Part shown: piece after piece, positions 1-12,155 of the stretch | How positions within the stretch are numbered: position 1 is the first letter of the stretch | Layout: each line of letters begins with the position of its first letter | Assembly: GCA_030770535.1 (NCBI GenBank) | Contig: JASVEC010000027.1 | Coordinates: forward strand, 372,001-436,000 | Length of the DNA: 64,000 nt | Source: Batkoa obscura | Lineage: Eukaryota | Reading direction: 5' to 3' | Position numbers and translations under genes: made by a program | Notes under the pieces: model-generated | What the model was told of the DNA's origin: nothing | Database searches by the model: none | Seen by the model: only the letters and a program-made list of their open reading frames with translations

Positions 1-2109
1 AATTGCATTTAATTTATTATTTAATTTTAAATACATTGTTTTTGTAATAATAATATTTTCCTTCTTTATTTGTTGAATTAATTTCATTAAATAATAAAAT
101 TCTTTATATTGAATACAAGCATATAATAAATAATAATAAATCAACAAATCATTTTTTACTCCCATCACCCCTCCCTTTTTAATATATTCAAATAATTCAA
201 TTCCCTTTTGTAATTCTCCATTTTTTATTAAAGCATACATTGAACTTGAATAAATTAATTGTGAATATTTAGATGATATTATATTATTAATAATTTCATT
301 AATATTACAACCATTTAATAAAATAGATGCCATTGGTAGTAAACTATATTGATTAGGTAATAATTGATATTTTTCAATCATTAATGTATAAGTAATATTA
401 ATATAATTAATAAGTTGATATTGATTAAATAAATAAATAAAATGATTAAATATTGAAAGGTTAGGTACTAAATTAGAAGTAATTAAATCATTAAATATTA
501 TTTCAATAATCTTTTTCTTTTCTTTTTCTTTTATATTATTATCTTCTATTTCATTATTATTTTTTAATCCATCTAATAAATGATAATAAGTCATTAAATT
601 TGGTTGAATATTTTCATTTTTCATTTCTATATATAATTCAAATCCTTTCTTTACTTTTCCTAATTTACCTAATTGTCTTAAAAATAAATTATAAGTAATT
701 TGATCTTTTTTAAATATATCATCTTCCATTATAATTACTCCACCCTCTTCTTTGATTCTATTTTCATTTAATTTCGTATACGCTTTAACCATACAAGAAT
801 AAATAATTTGATTAATTGATATATTTTCTTGCTTAATTATTTGATATATCTTCCATAATTTATCCCATTGTTTTACTTTAGAATAACCATCCATTAATAT
901 TGAATATTCAAATTCATTAGGTTGAATTCCTTTTTGTTTCATATCTAATAATATATTTTCAGCAAAAGAAAATTGTTGAATTGTTACATAAAATTTAATA
1001 AAATTACAATAAATATATTTATCTAATGGGAAAGAAGAGGCTTTGAGATTAAAATAAATCTTATTAACAATTTCAATTTGTTGACGTAAATACGGTTTCT
1101 TTTTATATGAAATAATATAATTATCATTAAATGGTAAAATACAACATTTTAATAAAATACTAAATGTATGTAAATCAGGTATTATATTCTTTTGTTTCAT
1201 ATCTATTAATACTTGTTGAATACCCTGCCAATATCTATATTGTGAAAATATTTGAAGAAACATATTTAATGTCCATGTATCTATTTTAATATTAGTTGAG
1301 AAAATAGAGGTATAAGTAGCTAATGCTAATTGAGGTTCGTTTCGTTTAAAATTTAATAAGACTTCTGCTGATAATGTGTATTGATCTTTCGATATATTTT
1401 CTGTTTTAAAATGATCTAAAGTCATTAAGCTACTTTCAATATCATTGAGTTGAACATAAGCAGAGAATAAATGATTCAATATAAAAGTATCTAAGGCATA
1501 CTGTTTTTTTACTAAATATTGAGCAAATTCAATAATATTATGATATTCTTTTAATTCTAAGCATGCTTTCAAATAATTTTGGATTTGTTTTTTGTCAATA
1601 TTATAATTTAATTTAATCATATCTTCAGTGATTATTTTAATATTATAACAATTTTCTTTAAATTCACAACATTGATATAAATAAATCATTCTTTCAAATA
1701 CTCTACTTTCCAACTCTTTTAGACTCTCAACTGAGACTTCTTTAATATCTAAATAACTTTCCCATACTTGTTCTAATTCAATTATTTGTTGAGATTTTAA
1801 TATTGATTTTAATTTTTTAATCCTTTTTTGTAATCGTAAATTTTGCCATTCTTCATTGGTATCTTGTTGAACTTTTAGTTGATTATTGCTTCGACTACGT
1901 GCTTGTCTCCTTAAACGAGAGTTGTCATATTCTATTGAAGACTCAGTAACGGATTTAAAAAAGTCGGTAGTTAGTTGGACAGAGGAAGAGGGGATGTGAG
2001 TGGTGGTGAATGAGGAGTTGATGTATAACAATGGGTATTTAGTTGGTTTGATTATGTGATTGATGATTGATAACCGGATCGGTGGAATTAATTTGGGTTT
2101 TGGCAACAT
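1..2109 (-). CDS. Pentatricopeptide repeat (PPR) protein, probably mitochondrial; 3' end lies beyond the window start
   Basis: Not in the ORF track because the frame runs off the window. ATG at 2109 reads MLPKPKLIPPIRLSII (basic/hydroxylated leader). PPR-type motifs include DMKQKNIIPDLHTFSILLKCC, DMKQKGIQPNEFEYSILMDGYSK and EMKNENIQPNLMTYYHLLDG. Confidence 0.85.
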   Translation of the reverse strand, partial: MLPKPKLIPPIRLSIINHIIKPTKYPLLYINSSFTTTHIPSSSVQLTTDFFKSVTESSIEYDNSRLRRQARSRSNNQLKVQQDTNEEWQNLRLQKRIKKLKSILKSQQIIELEQVWESYLDIKEVSVESLKELESRVFERMIYLYQCCEFKENCYNIKIITEDMIKLNYNIDKKQIQNYLKACLELKEYHNIIEFAQYLVKKQYALDTFILNHLFSAYVQLNDIESSLMTLDHFKTENISKDQYTLSAEVLLNFKRNEPQLALATYTSIFSTNIKIDTWTLNMFLQIFSQYRYWQGIQQVLIDMKQKNIIPDLHTFSILLKCCILPFNDNYIISYKKKPYLRQQIEIVNKIYFNLKASSFPLDKYIYCNFIKFYVTIQQFSFAENILLDMKQKGIQPNEFEYSILMDGYSKVKQWDKLWKIYQIIKQENISINQIIYSCMVKAYTKLNENRIKEEGGVIIMEDDIFKKDQITYNLFLRQLGKLGKVKKGFELYIEMKNENIQPNLMTYYHLLDGLKNNNEIEDNNIKEKEKKKIIEIIFNDLITSNLVPNLSIFNHFIYLFNQYQLINYINITYTLMIEKYQLLPNQYSLLPMASILLNGCNINEIINNIISSKYSQLIYSSSMYALIKNGELQKGIELFEYIKKGGVMGVKNDLLIYYYLLYACIQYKEFYYLMKLIQQIKKENIIITKTMYLKLNNKLNAI

Positions 2110-2294
2110 ATTTGATAAAATAAGTTAATCAATTTATTATGGTGGAAAAATATGTAAAAATATTTGAATTTAATTCAATTAAAGAATAAAATTCCAAAAT
2201 ATTATGGTAAGTTGAATTTTCGAATGGAATTTAATTTTTTTTTGAACTTGGATCAAAAATCTTTATCTTTATTTTTTAAAATATTAATCCGATA

Positions 2295-3127
2295 ATGTTA
2301 ACTAAAGCACTCATTCTGTTAAATAAACTCGATCAATACATTTATAATAATACAATTCAAGTCATCTTCGAACCTATAATCCTTGAAACCCAAATATTAA
2401 AAAAGGAAGGTTTAACTGATGAACAGATCCTTAATCATCTAACTCAACAATATTTACCATGGCTCAATTTAGAAAGGAATTACATTTATTACCTATTATT
2501 TACTCTTAGTCTTTATTTAATCTATAGAATCAGTTATTTAATAATGAACAATTATTTATTTAATTCAGTTAGATTAAAGTGCTTTAACTGTAATCAAAGT
2601 ACTAAGTTTGAGAAGTTGAGAGTTAATAAGAAATTATGGAAATGTCAATGGTGTAAGGAAATGAACTTTAGAGATGAAGTAAGACGAATATTCAATTTGT
2701 TGATTTTTTTAATAATTATTATTGCTAGAACGGTGATTTGGTAGATTTTACTCCATCAATGGCAAAGGAAAGAAACATTGGGTTTACGTTAAAAAGTGAG
2801 CTATTATTATATGTTTTTATTAAATATAAGACATTAATTTGATTTAAATAGGTACTAATAAACTTCAAGAATCCAATTCCTTTTGTTCAGACTGTTTAAA
2901 AAGTTTACAATTCCAAACTCAAGCTTTAGCTGACTATTTACCTAGTGATGAGGTAAATTAATATATTTTAACAAACAGTATATTAAACTAAATAAATATA
3001 TAAGGATCCAGAATATAAATCCAAATACAGTTCTATTGAAGAATATAAACTTAAGCTTAATAATCAATATCCAATAGGTTGTAATAATTGTATAGGTTAT
3101 CAACAATTTTTAAAAAAACAACATTAA
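2295..3127 (+). CDS. IMA1: Ima1/Samp1(TMEM201)-like N-terminal Cys-rich domain protein, 4 exons
   Basis: A hydrophobic segment is followed by CFNC..WKCQWCKEMNFRDE|NGD. Spliced exons then give FCSDC..QALADYLP and YPIGCNNC. GT-AG introns lie near 2679-2728, 2796-2851 and 2953-3004; stop TAA at 3125-3127. Confidence 0.7.
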
Positions 3128-3237
3128 ATAATTAAATAAATTACCTTTAATATGTGTATAGAATAATAAAATATAGAATAAACTCAACTTTGAATATGAA
3201 ATTTATATTTTTCACTTTTTATTTCATTACCACTTCT

Positions 3238-3690
3238 TTATTGGCCTTTATTAACTGCCTTACAAAATTCATCATATGAAATCAAACCATCACCATTATC
3301 ATCCGTTTCAGCAAAAATTTCATCAATTTCTTCTTGTTCAATCTCTGGATCGTCCGCTCTCATTGCCTTTGCGAATTCTACTTTATTAATATGGCCATCT
3401 TTGTCCGCATCAAACTCATCAAAAGTTTTACGATTATCTTCTTCTTCATCTACATCTACAGCAAACATACCACCTGCTATTTTTTTGAATTCTTCGAAGT
3501 CAACTTCTCCATTATGATCCTTATCAGCGGATGAAAGCATGTCTTTTATACTAGCGTCATCAAGGTTAACACCTAATTTTGGCAGCATGTTTTTGAGCTC
3601 ATCAGCACTTATCTTACCACTCTTATCAGTATCGAATTGGTTAAAGATATCTTTAGCTTGCTTTGTTTGTTGTTCGTTTAATTCTGACAT
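3238..3690 (-). CDS. Calmodulin-like protein with four EF-hands (diverged, intronless)
   Basis: Loops DTDKSGKISADE, DKDHNGEVDFEE, DADKDGHINKVE and DDNGDGLISYDE; 150 aa. Confidence 0.9.
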   Translation of the reverse strand: MSELNEQQTKQAKDIFNQFDTDKSGKISADELKNMLPKLGVNLDDASIKDMLSSADKDHNGEVDFEEFKKIAGGMFAVDVDEEEDNRKTFDEFDADKDGHINKVEFAKAMRADDPEIEQEEIDEIFAETDDNGDGLISYDEFCKAVNKGQ

Positions 3691-4198
3691 CGTTTCAATT
3701 TTTTATTATTATAAAAAGAAAGCTGGTGGTTGTTTATGTGATTTTATACTTTACGTTTAAAATGAACTAAAGCTTACCTCATCAGTTGTTTTATGTCATT
3801 GTTAACCTGTTTTAAAAAATGCATTTCAATGGTAACTATTTTGGCCGCTTTGAAGATTGATTGGCCTTTTTTATCTAGAAGAAAGGGTACAAAGGATATT
3901 ATTGGTTAAATTAAAATTATGGTATTTTGAATGGAACTTGGAGTGAAACTAATTTTATTAAGGTTTTATAGCGAATATGGATCATATTAAAGCGTGAGAA
4001 AAAAGATGAAGCTAAAAATTAATAGTAGCTTGTTTATGAGTAAACTTATAAGATCCTACTAAACAACTATAAATAGCACTGTGAATTTGGTTCAGGCCTA
4101 ATAATATATAGAACTTTATTTAACTTGAGTATTCCAGTTAGTCACAAATCGATTAAAAAAATTATTTTAGTAAAACACCTGTAAAAAACTTAAGATAT

Positions 4199-4298
4199 GG
4201 GAATGTTTTTTTTGATTTCATCACTTTTTCCATTTTTCAAGCATTATTTGAGTAAGAATAACTGTTAGTAAAATTTTTAAACAAAAAAATACATCCCC
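4199..4298 (-). mobile_element. Sola2-type MITE family A copy
   Basis: ATAT on both sides (4195-4198, 4299-4302), GGG..CCC termini, family internal sequence. Confidence 0.85.
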
Positions 4299-4742
4299 AT
4301 ATAAAGTATTAAAAATGTTAATAAAAAACAAATATTTATTACATAAATTAAAATTAACAAAAATCAAGGATAAACCTTATGAAATCCAAGTCATTTCTTT
4401 CGATATAATAGGCAAGTTTGATAAAATTTTCAATAGTGAGCTCATACATTTGTGATATGGATTTTGTTTAATAGCTATGGAGTAGCGGTATAAACTAAGT
4501 TATTGCAGAGTAAATGTTGATAATAATAAACAATTGCTTACTAAAGTATATTTGATTTTTTGTTTGATTTGTAAAGACAAAGTATTTATGGTCTTTAAAA
4601 AATTTAATTTTTTAAAAATCTAGAAAACTTCTGAGCCTTTTTATATCTACTTTATATATCACACTTTTAAAGATTAAGGTTAATGTATCAAGTGAAATTA
4701 TAAGGTACAGATTAAATTTTAAACTTTATTTTATTTTATACA

Positions 4743-4842
4743 GGGATGTTTTTGGGTTTCATCACTTTTCCCTTTTTCGAGTGCTATTTATTGAGCGGAA
4801 AAAATACTAGTAGATTTCTTAAGCAAAAAAAGAAATATCTAT
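4743..4842 (-). mobile_element. MITE family A, degenerate copy
   Basis: gggatgtttttgggtttcatcacttttcc...ttgagcggaaaaaatactagtagatttcttaagcaaaaa aligns with the family; ends are decayed. Confidence 0.65.
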
Positions 4843-5819
4843 ACTGAAAAAGATATGGCTGCTATATTTACCGTAATGATAATTTGGTAATATCATAATT
4901 TATGGTAGACTATTATTATTGAAGTACCTTTTGATTGATTTTATTTTAAAACATTTATAAAGTTCCATAACTTTAAAAACTTAAACTGATTTAAAGTATA
5001 GATAAAATAGGTACTACTAAACTAAATCCAAGATATAGAATTTATTTATATACATCTTTTTAAAAGTGATAACAACTATATTGCCTCCCATATTTACTAC
5101 TTTTACTTATAAACTTATATTCCTGGATAAACTTTTAAACATATTTAAAATTGATACTAACATCGGCTATAAAATTTCAGTAGTTGGAATATTAAATATG
5201 ATTTATTTATTTAAAAGAATTATTACATTTAAGAAATGTTATGAAAGAAAAAAGGGCAAAGTATAATAATAATAATAATTCAATTATTGATTGTAGGTTA
5301 ACGTTGGATCTTTTATAAAAGCTACTTTTTGTTCGAATTAAAAATTGATGTCTTTTATTTATAGGGGTCACGAAAAGTTTCGAAAAAGTATTTATAACTT
5401 TATAAATAGAACTTAGAAATTTATGAAAGTATAACAGTATACAATAGTATATAAAGATTATCATATAATAAATTTTCAAATTGTTTTGTTTTCATTGTGC
5501 CATTAAAAGTTGAAATTTTGATTTGTAAAAAATTGATTCATTTTTGGCATAGCCTAATATATGTCAAATTATTTTCGAACACCAATACTGCCAAAAATAC
5601 AATATGAAGTTTAACAAAAATTTGCTACATAACAGTTTTTGCATATTGATATCTAGTATATTGATTTCATAATATCTTATTGTATATACAAAAAGCTATA
5701 GTGGTTTATTTGCAAAATTGTCAATGTTTTTTATAGACTATACTTAAAGATTTTGGACAGCTGATGCTTTTTAACAGATATAGTATAGTTTATGTCAAAA
5801 TGGGGCTCAGGAGCCATAT

Positions 5820-5918
5820 GGGGATGTATTTTTATGTTTAAGAATTTTACTAACAATTTTTCCACTCAAATAGCGCTTAAAAGATGGAAAAAGTAATGGA
5901 GCCAAAAAAAACACCCCC
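5820..5918 (+). mobile_element. MITE family A, near-consensus copy
   Basis: ATAT TSD at 5816-5819 and 5919-5922; ends GGGGATGT...ACACCCCC. Confidence 0.9.
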
Positions 5919-6249
5919 ATATAAGAATCCAAAATATTAAGTTAATAGATAACTTGGATTTATAATGAAACACTATATCTAAGACATTTGAAAAGTTTAA
6001 ATTTATCAATTTTTATTAAAAGACATCAAAAAAATAAATCTCAACCTTTAAATCCATGTTTTAAACCTTAGAAACTAACTATTACCCTCTCTATCCACCT
6101 AACTATCCTATCGACCACGTAATTTATTATCAATTTTCCCTTAACAATAAACACTTGGGAGCCCCCAGCTCTTTCAAGGTTTATGAAAAAAAACTATTAG
6201 TTTATATTAAGACGTTCATAAATAACTGCTCTCTAAAAAAATTAAATTG

Positions 6250-6417
6250 CAGCTGCTACAGCTCTATTGGGACTTAATTTGCGGTGATTTTTAGAACATT
6301 TAATTTGTTTATTCAGTTTTTTTGGTACCTGCCTAATCTTTAGATTTTAACCTGATTCTAACAAAGTTTTGTCATTAAACCAACTATTAATTAGATCGCA
6401 ATAGAGTTGGAGCAATG
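6250..6417. mobile_element. Tc1/mariner-like MITE family B, degenerate copy
   Basis: Imperfect TIRs cagctgctacagctctattggga / tcgcaatagagttggagcaatg; homologous in reverse orientation to 26970-27128. Confidence 0.65.
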
Positions 6418-6563
6418 TAATTTGAATTTGAGTCAAATTTAGTTTACTTTTTAATAACAAAATTTTTATGGAAAAGTTTGATATAATTTCATCGAAACTC
6501 TTGGAATTTTAAATATAGTAGTTTATATTTATCTCAGAATAATTGGTGTTTTAACAAATATAT

Positions 6564-6657
6564 GAGGATATATTTTTTTGTTTAAGAATTTTACTAACAA
6601 TTTTTCCACTCAAATAGCGCTTAAAAGATGGAAAGAATAACAAAAAAAAACACCCCC
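6564..6657 (+). mobile_element. MITE family A copy
   Basis: ATAT TSD, GAG..CCC termini, family internal sequence. Confidence 0.85.
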
Positions 6658-7254
6658 ATATATTACAAAAAAGGCTTAAAAGTCTTATTTAGGATATTAT
6701 ATTTCTTTACATGGTACCTTTACCTCTTAAAAAAATTCAAATCTATACTTTTTTATTTCGTTAATGTTCTTTTGGGAACTTGGCATTGAAAATTAAAAAA
6801 TAAAATGCCGTGAACGAATAAAGTATACCATTTGTTATAAATTAGATCTTGTGAAAATATAATCATATAACTATTATTTAAAATGTATACTATTTTTCAG
6901 CATAATGTAAAAGAATGATATAGCTATCAAAGCTCTTAAAAGAATAATGTAACCTAAAGAGGTTAATATCCATGGATTCGATTTATTGTTATATAAAAAT
7001 AGTATTCTGGTTTTTTTCTTGGGTCATTTGATGAGGTACAATGGTCATTGAAAGATTATTTTCAAATTATATTTAGACAGCGAATAATAGTTGTTGGAAT
7101 TAAAATAAATAAATCATAATATGAAAAGATATAAATAGGAACAAATGTACTGTTTTGACATTTGTGAAAAATTTAATCCAACGATAGCAGTGAATATAAA
7201 ACAAATATCGAGTATACAAAGCTTAGCAATATAATAATTGAAGATTGAATTAAA

Positions 7255-7913
7255 ATGGGATTATTAACTCGACCTAGTATGAAAAAAATGCTATTGTTAA
7301 TACCAATAGTATTTATACTACTCTATTTAAGGTTAGCGTATGTATTTTTATTTCCAAGTAAAGAGGATATTGATGAACTATTAAGCAATCGATTAGAAAC
7401 TGTATTACTTTCAGAATATAAGGTAAGAAACTATAAAGCAATAGAGAAAGTTATGAATAGTTTTGGTAAACTGAAGTATCCTGAAAAATTATAGAGAGTA
7501 CTAATTGCGAGAGAATAACAACACGAGAGTGTCGAATCAAAAACGTATTTTATAGTGCATTATTACAATGCAATGAAGGTAAACCATACTGTATGTTAAT
7601 GGAAGATGATATCCTTTTATTTAGCTATACAAAACAGTTACTTTATTGGAATTTAATTGCTTGGAGTAATGATAGTAGATATATTATGGATTGCAATAAA
7701 TTTGGACTATATAGATATAATTATGAAGTTAACGGTAATGGCTTACAGTGTCGAATTTACAATAAGTTTTTGATCGAAATGTTAAAGCATTGTTTAATAA
7801 ATAATGTTGGAGCTGCGGACCTTATACTTCCCAAATGTTTAGAGGGTATTGAGGAAAAAAGGTTTTTGGCCGTACAAAACGGTAATATGCCTAGCATTCA
7901 ACCTAAACCTTAG
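7255..7913 (+). pseudogene. Probable pseudogene of a type II membrane glycosyltransferase-like protein
   Basis: N-terminal TM anchor, in-frame stops at 7492 and about 7516, then a frame change to a segment starting LMEDDILL (EDD metal-binding-like motif). The family assignment is an inference. Confidence 0.35.
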
Positions 7914-10261
7914 TTATAGTAAATTAAGTTATATTTCAGTTGTTTAAGAACAATTTTTAATAAAACAGCGAAATAAGATAAGATTAAATTATACTCTTTG
8001 ATGTTTTAAATTATTTCAGCTGAGTTTATAACGTGTCATTTATTTTAATAGGATGCTCAAAATATAAACATTAAAAAAAATAGTAAACATTTCAAGCATG
8101 GCCACTATTTAATACTAAAATAGTCGTATTATTTAATTTTATATAACATTAGTAAAGATTGACTTTCCCACTTCCACTTAGCTGAATTGCTAATAAAAGC
8201 TTTGTTTGAATATTCAAAAATTACAAAGGTTAATATTAAAAATAAAAATTAAATTAACTGGTTTGACTAAAAAATAAATAACAAGATAGTGCAGTAGTAT
8301 ACCAAATCAGATGTAAGTCTTAATATATTTTATTACTGGCCAATACTCCAATAATGGATATAATATATTATCAGGTCGAATAATTTTATCAGATTTGGTA
8401 CTTGAAGGCTTTCTAAATCATGACAGTCCTTTATTTCTAACTAAGTTATAATTGGAGTAGCATATATTAAAGGAGAGCAAATTTATAATCAATTATTGTT
8501 TCTGCATCTCTTGAAATAAATGTATCAATTTTGATTACTCTAACTTCAGATAAAAATGATACAAAACTGAAAAAAAATTACAAATGAAGCTTTGAATAAG
8601 ACTCCTTTAATTTCCTTTGTAAACTAGCATTTAGTCGAAATATCTTTGATTCAATCTAATATCACCAACATTATTATTATCAACTCCAAGTCCTCAAAAA
8701 AAATGTTTTAAATTTCATAGCTTAGAAGTTATCTGAAGTAATTCTTTGATGTGTTTTCAATATATATTTTACTTAAAGATGATAGCTTTATTAAATTCTT
8801 ATCGACTGAATTACCAATGTTGATATGCCCTAGAGTAACAAGACAACCGCTCTCAAGTAACTCAATAATAATCTTATACAATTTAATAGAGTAGCATGAA
8901 GCGCTTAATATCTTATCTTTTGATTTTTTTAAGGTTAGAAAATTATATTATCTAACTTGTGTTCAAAATATCTACTAATTTTTAGTCTTAAACTGTAACT
9001 GAAATTTATATCGAGAGCGGTTTCACTTCCATCCTAGAAAAAATACTTTAATTTCTATATGAAGCCTATAAACTAATAATTTAAGGTTTAGCTATATTTA
9101 ATATATTAAATCCTAGCTATCTATCAACAATAATTATATGTTACTTTACTTTCTCTACAATTGAATGTTTATAACCTATCTGTATTTATTTCAATTGTAT
9201 TCATTTGTACCATTTTTGCTTATCATAAACGACTATGGGAAATATACAATAACTAAGAATAAGAAATGCCACTAGGCTATATAATTAATCCTTTTAATTT
9301 TGGTCCCTTTATGGCTCCTTAATATTTATTTCTATCTACTATCCATAAGCTCATACAAACCAGGTAATAGTGTGCTAGTGTTTTGTGCTATATTATGAGT
9401 ATTTTCAAAACAGTATTAATTCATCTTTACAAATAGCTGCTGAAGTATGATTGAAACAAAAAGTATGAAACTAATAATGACGATAACACTTCACATAGTA
9501 GCTTTTTACGACGAAGGTTATACTACATATCCACTTTTCGAATTGTTTTGGGAACTAATATGTAATACTGTTCCTTGTGTACTTTCAGAAGTACAGAAAA
9601 TTTCTTAAACTTAAATCTCGTTTTTAGCAACTTTGGATTTCTCACTTTTTGAATTCATGTTGACCTGCTTCCAGTAGCTGATTAGGAAAAATAGGTGAAT
9701 TTTTACTCTAAATTATGACAAAAAGAATATAAGAAAAATAAAAGCACTAATTTCATAATATAACATATATGATAACATATTATTTTATTATCCTTATGGC
9801 GACATATTAACTTTTGAATTTTAAATAATTGCACCTTAACTCTTATTAAGCCGTACTTAATTACACATTTGTATTGAAATTGATTTTATTGGTTTTAAAA
9901 GTAACTAAATTTAAGGAACAACTCACAAACTTTAATATTCACAGGATAATGATTAAATAACCTATTATAATCAAATGTGTATTTGGGATATGGAGCAAAA
10001 TAATATAGGGTAAACAGCACCATAAAATATCTAAGAGTTTTTGTAATTGTAATTCCGAACTTTGAATAATCCAATGTCAAGTCAAGCTCCTTAATAGGAT
10101 TCTTATAGCATTTAGATATTGTTTAAGTTTTAAAATAGTCATAACAGATTCAATCATGTAACTGAATTAAACGTTATCGTAAGATAAGATGCGACATAAA
10201 TAGCTACAAGAAAGCGAAAATATTAAAAAGTGCCTTGGTAATTTTGGCACATTTTCTAAAT

Positions 10262-10562
10262 TTAGTAATTAGATCAAATTTGAAATTTTAAGGAACTTAT
10301 GCTTAATTTCACAATCCTTTATTAAATAAATTATAGCTTAAGAGCATATGTTCCATACTTCTTTAAGTTGAATTATTATAATGAATTAGATAGTCAGTTT
10401 TTAGTAAAAATATAGCTTTTACTGACTATCGCTTTAGAAGGGAGAGGAGTCGCAACTTATTTTATTGGTATTTGGTGGCTTAGGTGCAATTTAAAAATAA
10501 ACAAACTTGTGAAATTAAAGGCTGGTAGTTCCTAGACTTAATCAGATTTGATCAAATACTAA
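10262..10562. repeat. Inverted-repeat element (about 55-bp imperfect arms) with an inner 10-bp hairpin
   Basis: ttagtaattagatcaaatttga...ttaatttcacaa pairs with ttgtgaaattaa...tcagatttgatcaaatactaa; inner gatagtcagt (10389) / actgactatc (10421). Confidence 0.55.
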
Positions 10563-11210
10563 GATTTCTTGATATAAATAGTATAGATTAATAATCTTAT
10601 TATAAAAACAAAAACATATTTAAAAAAGGAACCATAATAGTTTAACTTATGATTATAATTATAAAAATAGCATTAGAATACAACTGCGATATCATTTAAT
10701 TTTAATTAGTATCAAAACTGATAATTTTGTTACCATTGTTTGTTAAATATAGTAATTTGATACTTTATGAAAGCTATCAGTTTAAACAATATCTACTAAT
10801 AGAACAAGAACATAAAAGCCATACTATTTTTAATGACATTAGGTTTAGTCTAATATCTTTACTTATGACCTTATAATAACATTAGGGAATCTACTATCCC
10901 TACTTATTAAATGTTTGCTTCAATTCATGGATTACTGCTATTTTTGCTATTGTTCTAATATTGGATTTATAAGAATATTCTTTAATATACATACAATTTA
11001 TTATGTTAGATTTATTTGGTTTAAAAGATATTAGTATAAATAAAAAATTCGTTATTTTTAGCACATAGGAATTGTAACAATCCAGAGTGAAGACCAAATA
11101 AAATAGGAAATTGTAAATATTGAATAAAAATAGTATAAATATTCGTTTGAAATAAAAATTAGCTTTGTCCTTTCCTTTATTTAATCCTTTCTACTTTATT
11201 AAAACAAAGG

Positions 11211-12155
11211 ATGAACTTTTTATTTTTGTTTGCTTTAGTGGTATCTATACTATCGATCTGTACTATTTCTGAAGAAATCAAGTGTAATCAAAACAATTGC
11301 GACTTACCTCCGATCTTTAACTGTAAAACCCCAGGCCATTTTGCATTAACTTTTGATGATGGGCCAACTGAATATACCGATGAAATATTAAACATTCTCA
11401 AAGAGCATAAGGTAATAGCAACCTTTTTTGTATTAGGTGTCCAGCTTGAGAAAAACGAGCTCAAAAGTAAACTGGTTCGCACCTTTAAAGAAGGTCATAC
11501 CATTGCATCCCATTCTTATTCTCACCCTAAATTTTTAGAAAGAAATGACCAACAGGTAGTAGAAGAAATTAAGAAAACGGAAAACCTTATATTTGATATT
11601 ATTGGGAAAAGACCAGTATTTTTCAGGTTTCCTTATCTTAGCATGGACCAACGTGTACAAAGAATTATCGCTTCTTTAGGCTATCAAAATATACATGTTT
11701 CAGTAGATTCTTTTGACTGGAGAGAGAAGAGTGGTAATTCAGATATGATCCGATGGAATATCATTAATGGCGTCAAAAACTCAGATCCAACTAAAAACTC
11801 CTTTATTTCTTTACAGCATGAAACCACTTTACCTAGATTAGCCAAATTGCCTGATATCATTAGGTTTATCAGAGAGAAAAAATATGAATTTGTAAATATG
11901 GAGACTTGCTTAGGTGTTTCCTCTGGCTATCAGGTAGATAAATTAAAATTAAAAAACGATGAGAAAAAAGATAACATAAATAATAATATTAAATCCAATA
12001 CAAATACTACTTCGATCGGTATATCTTCAAGTACCACTTCCTCGACTCTTTCATCAAAGCCACTTGATAAAAATAGCAATTCATCTTCAAATGGTGCATT
12101 AGATCATTTTTCGGTGTTATCATTATTAAGCCTGACTATTGTTTTATTATTTTGA
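11211..12155 (+). CDS. Secreted, probably GPI-anchored chitin/polysaccharide deacetylase (CE4)
   Basis: Signal peptide; motifs TFDDGP, HSYSHP, RFPY, DSFDW, LQHE; Ser/Thr-rich stalk and hydrophobic C-terminus. Confidence 0.93.
   Translation: MNFLFLFALVVSILSICTISEEIKCNQNNCDLPPIFNCKTPGHFALTFDDGPTEYTDEILNILKEHKVIATFFVLGVQLEKNELKSKLVRTFKEGHTIASHSYSHPKFLERNDQQVVEEIKKTENLIFDIIGKRPVFFRFPYLSMDQRVQRIIASLGYQNIHVSVDSFDWREKSGNSDMIRWNIINGVKNSDPTKNSFISLQHETTLPRLAKLPDIIRFIREKKYEFVNMETCLGVSSGYQVDKLKLKNDEKKDNINNNIKSNTNTTSIGISSSTTSSTLSSKPLDKNSNSSSNGALDHFSVLSLLSLTIVLLF

Noticed and set aside
3334..3760. Short ORFs overlapping real genes (also 11288, 18087, 20800, 21592, 21657, 34774, 40828, 41142, 52099, 59421)
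   Set aside because: Antisense or alternative-frame shadows of well-supported genes, with no recognisable motifs.
6141..6190. Short similarity to 15021-15065 (taacaataaa..cttgg..ctc.ttcaag) as a Helitron 3' hairpin
   Set aside because: No CTRR terminus at the expected distance, and the match is too short in AT-rich DNA.
8100..9700. Coding-like patches, possibly decayed genes or TEs (also 27700-28300)
   Set aside because: No sustained reading frame or recognisable motif by eye.
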